Assembly (NCBI GenBank): GCA_051985455.1
Contig: JBPYEI010000048.1
Location: 19,340-83,339 of the forward strand
DNA length: 64,000 bases
DNA from: Acidimicrobiales bacterium
Lineage (GTDB): Bacteria > Actinomycetota > Acidimicrobiia > Acidimicrobiales > AC-9
Reading direction: 5' to 3'
The notes beneath the pieces are model-generated. The model was not told the origin of the DNA, searched no databases, and saw nothing but the letters and a program-made list of their open reading frames with translations. This document shows positions 59,697 through 64,000 of the stretch, piece after piece (positions within the stretch are counted from its first letter, which is position 1; every line of letters starts with the position of its first letter). The position numbers and the translations under genes were made by a program.

Positions 59697-61295
59697 CTAG
59701 GACCGGCGTTTGGCCGTACCCGCCTCCTGGCTGGGCATGTGCTGGTTGGTGGGGATGGCGAGGGGCGGGGCAGCCGACAGCAGCGCCGCCGCGTTCTGGA
59801 AACCAGGGCACGCCGCGGGGAGTGCGTCCGGGGCCGCCGGCAGGGATGGAACCGACGTGTTCGCGTTGCCGAAGCCCAGAGTCGAGGTCATGTCACCGAC
59901 GGTCGCGCGACGCCAGGGCGACACGTTGGGCACCGGGACGCCGAACCGGGCCTCCAGGAAGCGCAGCATCGAGGTGTGATCGAAGGCATCAGAGTTGACA
60001 TAGCCGCCCCGGCTGAAGGGAGATATGACCAGTGCCGGCACACGGAAACCCAGCCCGATGGGTCCCGATATGCCCCCGGCGTCGGCAGGGAGGGTTCCGG
60101 TGACGAACTCGCCCGCGGTGCCGGGAGGGGGCGTGGGTGGGGCCACGTGGTCGAAGAAGCCACCGTTCTCGTCGTAGGTGACGAACAGCACTGTCTTGGA
60201 CCAGACCTCGGGGTTCGACGTGAGCGTGGTCAGCACCTGGCTCACGAACGACATGCCGAGGTCAGGCACGGCCGAGGGATGCTCGGACTCGACGATCGAT
60301 GGAAGGAGCCATGACACCTGGGGCAGCGTGCCCTGGCGGACGTCGGCGGCGAACTGGTCCGGCCAGCTGGGCAGGAACGCCCGGTTGTACAGGTCCGAGC
60401 CGGGCTGCAGGTACTGCTTGAAGTAGAGGAGGACGTTGAACCCGCCAGCGAGCGATAGGGCCGTGATCGGGACGGCCGTGTTCGGCGGCTGGTACACCTT
60501 CCAGGAGACGTTGTGGGCCGACAGCTGCTCCGGCATGGTCGGCCAGTTCACGGTGCCCACCGCTTGGAGCGAGTTGGAGAAGCCGGGAGTAGAGAGGATC
60601 GGGCCGCCGTAGCTGCCGGTCGGGTCGAGCATGCCAGACATGAAGTAGGCCCGGTTCGGCATGGTCGGGCCGAGGACGGAGCAGTAGTAGTTGTCGCAGA
60701 TGGTGAAGTTGTCGGCCAGGGCGTAGTAGAAGGGCAGGTCGCTCCGGTCGAAGTAGCCCATCACGAGGGGTCCCTGGGCGGGGCCGTCGTTGCCCTGCTG
60801 GGTGTGCACGGCGACGAAGTTCGGGTGACCGCCGTTCCAGCTCTGGTGCTGAGGCGCCCAGTCATGGATTGGAATGTCCGAGCTCCCGGCGCACTGCGCC
60901 TGCACGGTGGCGGCGTCGAGGTGGTAGGGCAGCAGCTGGCCGGGGTGCTGCGCGGACCCGCCGGCCGGCCAGGGCTGAGCGAAGGGTCCGAGATTGCTCC
61001 CCTGGTGGTTGTCGAAGCCTTTGACCCCTCGGTAGGTACCGAAGTAGTGGTCGAAGGAGCGGTTCTCCTGCATGACGTACACGACGTGCTGGATCGCCTC
61101 GAGATCTCTGCCCGACGGTCGAACCGCTGCGGCCCGGTTGACAGCTCCGCTCCCGGAGCACGCTGACAAGACCAGGCCCGCGCCGCCGGCGAGGGCGGCG
61201 CCGAGTAGCTGCCGGCGCGTGAGCAGAGGCGCGGGCGCGTCGCCAGCGTCCTCGGTGGGCGCCTCCTCATGGTGGTTGCAGCCCCGCCTGGCCAC
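59697..61295 (-). CDS. Tat-exported phospholipase C / phosphoesterase family protein
   Basis: Twin-arginine signal LLTRRQLLGAALAGGAG..SAC. IQHVVYVMQENRSFDHYFGTYRGVKGF matches the PlcA-D/AcpA phosphoesterase family. Confidence 0.88.
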   Translation of the reverse strand: MARRGCNHHEEAPTEDAGDAPAPLLTRRQLLGAALAGGAGLVLSACSGSGAVNRAAAVRPSGRDLEAIQHVVYVMQENRSFDHYFGTYRGVKGFDNHQGSNLGPFAQPWPAGGSAQHPGQLLPYHLDAATVQAQCAGSSDIPIHDWAPQHQSWNGGHPNFVAVHTQQGNDGPAQGPLVMGYFDRSDLPFYYALADNFTICDNYYCSVLGPTMPNRAYFMSGMLDPTGSYGGPILSTPGFSNSLQAVGTVNWPTMPEQLSAHNVSWKVYQPPNTAVPITALSLAGGFNVLLYFKQYLQPGSDLYNRAFLPSWPDQFAADVRQGTLPQVSWLLPSIVESEHPSAVPDLGMSFVSQVLTTLTSNPEVWSKTVLFVTYDENGGFFDHVAPPTPPPGTAGEFVTGTLPADAGGISGPIGLGFRVPALVISPFSRGGYVNSDAFDHTSMLRFLEARFGVPVPNVSPWRRATVGDMTSTLGFGNANTSVPSLPAAPDALPAACPGFQNAAALLSAAPPLAIPTNQHMPSQEAGTAKRRS

Positions 61296-61436
61296 CGGCG
61301 GATTGTAGAACGGAGTTTCCCCGCCTCGCGTGAACGGAGGGTGTACGTGGCTTGACGCGGGGCGGAACGTTCCCGCGACGAGAGTGGCGAGTACTGTCTC
61401 TGTCTAGACACGGTCGACGAGCCGGGGGGGGATCCG

Positions 61437-61900
61437 GTGAGCGAGGGCCGTACCGAACGACGACAAGGCGGCGCGGTGGTGGACGGTGTCCGACAGACGT
61501 GGGCGCTGCCTGGACACGTTCTCGTGCCGAGGACCGGAGCGGTACTGGCGGCAACCCGGCCCGAGATCGAGCGCCTCTTGGGCGAGCGCGAGTTCTTCTG
61601 GCTGGACCTCACCGACGAGGATGGCGGCGCCCTCGAGGGGGTAGCGGACGTGCTCGGGCTCGACGATCGCCTCGTCTCCCTTGCCCGCCGGTACGACGAG
61701 CGGACGTTGTTCCAGGAGCGAGGCGAGCACATCGTCTTCGTTCTTTTCAGTGTGGCCCGGCGACGCCGTGTCGTGGAGGTGCACGGCATCGTCTCGGACC
61801 GCTTCGTGACCACCCTCCACCGGGAGGCGTGCCCGTTCCTCGCCCCTCTCGTCGATCCCGATCTGGAGGCGCCTGAGCCTGCGTGTGATTGGGGCGCGAT
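61437..61900 (+). pseudogene. CorA-like N-terminal (cytoplasmic) domain remnant
   Basis: EFFWLDLTDEDGGALEGVADVLGLDD...HIVFVLFSV...VSDRFVTTLHRE resembles the soluble N-domain of CorA Mg/Co transporters. No TM or GMN region follows. Coding-like third-position GC decays near 61.9 kb, and the frame then stays open, Arg/Pro-rich, across the next gene. Confidence 0.35.
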
Positions 61901-62019
61901 CTGGGCGCGACCGGCATCCCACCGTCATGATCGAGGCCCGGGCGCGACAATGGCGCAGCTAACGGTCGCCGGCGGGGACCGTCGGGAGGGCCCACTGAGG
62001 CGGCGGCCACAATCTGGAG

Positions 62020-63492
62020 GTGACCCGAGCCGTGACCGAGCCGGGGCCGTCGCCGGCCCCTCGTCAGGTGCGGGCGGCGCAGCTGCTCAAGGTGCCGATG
62101 GTCTGGCTCGGCCCGACGATCCTGGCCTCCGTCCTGATCTTCGTCGTGACCCTCGTCTACTTCGGCTCCCTGGTCGATCCGACCGCGCATCTCCACGGCC
62201 TGCCGGTGTCCGTCGTGAACCAGGACGTGGGGGCGAGCCTCGGTACGCAGCGGATCAACATCGGTCAACAGGTCGAGGCGGGGCTGAAGCAGTCCTCAGC
62301 CGTGTCCAGTCGGCTGACCCTGGACTCGGAGGCGCTGCCGGCGGTCACGTCGGACATGAACAGGGACCAGGTCTACGCGGCCATCGTCATCCCTCCGCGG
62401 TTCACCGAGTCGCTGCTCACGGTCTCGGGCCTCTCGACATCAGCCGCCCGATCGCCGGCGAAGCCGACCATCCAGATGCTGACCAACCCCCGCGCCGGCA
62501 CCCTCGGCGTGAGCCTGGCGATCGGAGTCACCCAACCGGCCCTCCAGGTGGCCTCCCGTCAGATCGGCCAGCGCCTGCTGCCGGTGGCAGCCGCGAGCGG
62601 GACGGCCAACGCCGCCACCAGAGCCCTGCTGGCCGATCCCGTGACCCTGGCCCAGGTCCCCTACAAGCCACTCCCGCCCCAGTCGGGACTGGGGCTGAGC
62701 GCGTTCTACGTCTCCCTCCTGACCATCTTCTGCGGGTTCCTCGGGGCGATCATCGTGAACTCCTCGCTGGATGCCGTCCTCGGCTACGCCACCACCGAGA
62801 TCGGGCCGCGGTGGCGCCAGCGACCACCCCTCCCGGTCAGCAGGTTGCAGACGCTGCTCACGAAATGGGCGGTGGCCACACCCCTGACGCTGGTCCTCAC
62901 CGGCCTGCTTCTCGCGGCGGCCGTCGGTGTCCTCGGCATGGACGCGCCGCACTTCTGGCAGCTGTGGCTGTTCACGTGGTTCGCGGCTGCCTCCGTGGCC
63001 ATCGGCACGCTCGCGCTCTTCGCCGCCCTCGGCACGCTGGGTCAGCTGGTCGCCCTTCTCGTCTTCATCTACCTCTCCCTGGCCTCGTCCGGGGGGACCG
63101 TCCCGCTCGAGGCCCTGTCGGCGTTCTACCGGTTCCTGGCCAACTTCGAGCCGTTGCGGCAGATCCTGGACGGCGTCCGAGCGATCCTCTACTTCGACGG
63201 GCAGTTTGCCGCCGGGTTGACCCGCGGCCTGGTCACGGCCGGGCTGGGCCTCGTCTTCTGGCTGGTGCTCGGAACGGTTGTCACGATCTGGTACGACCGA
63301 CGGGGGCTCTATCGCATCGAGCCCGCGTTGATGGCCTATGTGAACCAAGCGACGCGGCAGTACATCGACCAACGCAACGCCGGTGCTCCGGCCGACGGGG
63401 CCGAGGGCCGGACGCCGACTGCAACCGAGTCACCCCCGACGCCGACCGCAGAGCGCCAGCCCGACGAACCGCGACCGCCGGCAAAGGGGTGA
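62020..63492 (+). CDS. YhgE/Pip-domain (DUF3533/ABC-2-like) membrane protein
   Basis: N-terminal TM VWLGPTILASVLIFVVTLVYFG, then DPTAHLHGLPVSVVNQD, a large extracytoplasmic loop and five C-terminal TM helices. ATG 62098 is an alternative start. Confidence 0.85.
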   Translation: MTRAVTEPGPSPAPRQVRAAQLLKVPMVWLGPTILASVLIFVVTLVYFGSLVDPTAHLHGLPVSVVNQDVGASLGTQRINIGQQVEAGLKQSSAVSSRLTLDSEALPAVTSDMNRDQVYAAIVIPPRFTESLLTVSGLSTSAARSPAKPTIQMLTNPRAGTLGVSLAIGVTQPALQVASRQIGQRLLPVAAASGTANAATRALLADPVTLAQVPYKPLPPQSGLGLSAFYVSLLTIFCGFLGAIIVNSSLDAVLGYATTEIGPRWRQRPPLPVSRLQTLLTKWAVATPLTLVLTGLLLAAAVGVLGMDAPHFWQLWLFTWFAAASVAIGTLALFAALGTLGQLVALLVFIYLSLASSGGTVPLEALSAFYRFLANFEPLRQILDGVRAILYFDGQFAAGLTRGLVTAGLGLVFWLVLGTVVTIWYDRRGLYRIEPALMAYVNQATRQYIDQRNAGAPADGAEGRTPTATESPPTPTAERQPDEPRPPAKG

Positions 63493-63496
63493 CACG

Positions 63497-64000
63497 ATGC
63501 TCTTGTCCTTGACCTTCTTTCTCGCCCGAGCGGGCGGCGGCATCGGTGGCGGCGGCCACAGCAGCAGCGGCGGGGGCGGTTTCAGCGGCGGCAGCCACTT
63601 CAGCAGCGGTGGGACGCACACGTTCGTCGGTGGCGGCGGTGGGGTGAGTAGCGGCACGACCAGCGGAGGAGGTTGGATCGGCGCCCTGTTCATCGTCCCG
63701 GTCATCATCATCGTGCTCGTCCTCGTCTACGCCGCTCACCGCCGGTCCCGGGCGGCAACGCCTCGCTGGCCGTCATACACGGCTCCGGGCTCGCCCACCC
63801 CGGCTGCCAGCTGGCCGGCCCCGAGCCCGCCCGACGAGATGCCTCGATCTCCCGCCGTGGCCAGTGGGCTGGCGGAGGTCAAGGCGCACGATCCGGACTT
63901 CGACGAGGACACCTTCCTCGCCACGGTGGAGCGATGTTTCTTCGCCGTGGAGGAGGCGTGGTCGCAACAGAGGCCAGAGCTGAGCCAACCGGTGATGAGC
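63497..64000 (+). CDS. Tim44-like-domain membrane protein (5' part; runs off the window end)
   Basis: Absent from the ORF track because there is no stop in the window. ATG 63497: MLLSLTFFLARAGGGIGGGGHSSSGGGGFSGG..., TM WIGALFIVPVIIIVLVLVYAA, then DPDFDEDTFLATVERCFFAVEEAWSQQRPE, a Tim44-like opening. Confidence 0.75.
   Translation, partial: MLLSLTFFLARAGGGIGGGGHSSSGGGGFSGGSHFSSGGTHTFVGGGGGVSSGTTSGGGWIGALFIVPVIIIVLVLVYAAHRRSRAATPRWPSYTAPGSPTPAASWPAPSPPDEMPRSPAVASGLAEVKAHDPDFDEDTFLATVERCFFAVEEAWSQQRPELSQPVMS

Noticed and set aside
61901-63512. Continuation of the 691-aa ORF beyond the CorA-like segment
   Set aside because: It is an out-of-frame overlap of the YhgE/Pip gene with Arg/Pro/Gly-rich composition and low third-position GC relative to the YhgE frame.

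Overview
Very GC-rich, densely coding chromosomal segment (G+C judged by eye at about two-thirds or more, not computed). Gene content is clearly actinobacterial: Pup-proteasome genes dop and mpa, a WhiB regulator, a tal-zwf-opcA-pgl pentose-phosphate operon, the F420 FO-synthase fbiC and a PPOX-class F420 enzyme. I support about 60 protein genes, one TPP riboswitch ahead of thiOSGD, and one atypical tRNA-like gene. Many genes are joined by 4-nt start/stop overlaps (ATGA, GTGA, TTGA). The ORF track also holds many long Arg/Pro/Gly-rich ORFs antisense to real genes. I treat these as high-GC artefacts. I saw no rRNA, CRISPR array, transposase, integrase or prophage block, so this looks like core chromosome rather than an island. 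The best candidate for something new is at 48.2-57.1 kb. A 74-nt tRNA-like gene there has alanine acceptor identity (G3-U70, A73), a non-canonical anticodon arm and a weakened T stem. It lies 59 nt upstream of alaS on the same strand. alaS is followed 9 nt later by a cNMP-binding patatin phospholipase. Divergent from this unit are a class-V PLP enzyme, a soluble stand-alone MprF-type aminoacyl-tRNA transferase domain (DUF2156), and a polytopic rhomboid-like membrane domain fused to an esterase. My inference is a tRNA-dependent, probably alanine-dependent, envelope or lipid aminoacylation module with its own non-translational tRNA, or alternatively an AlaRS-binding tRNA mimic. This is not demonstrated. 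Other items are a structured leader ahead of a secreted lytic transglycosylase, several intergenic palindromes and direct repeats, an orphan FecR-TM-SH3 protein, a two-gene module of paralogous unknown proteins, and several small high-GC3 ORFs.
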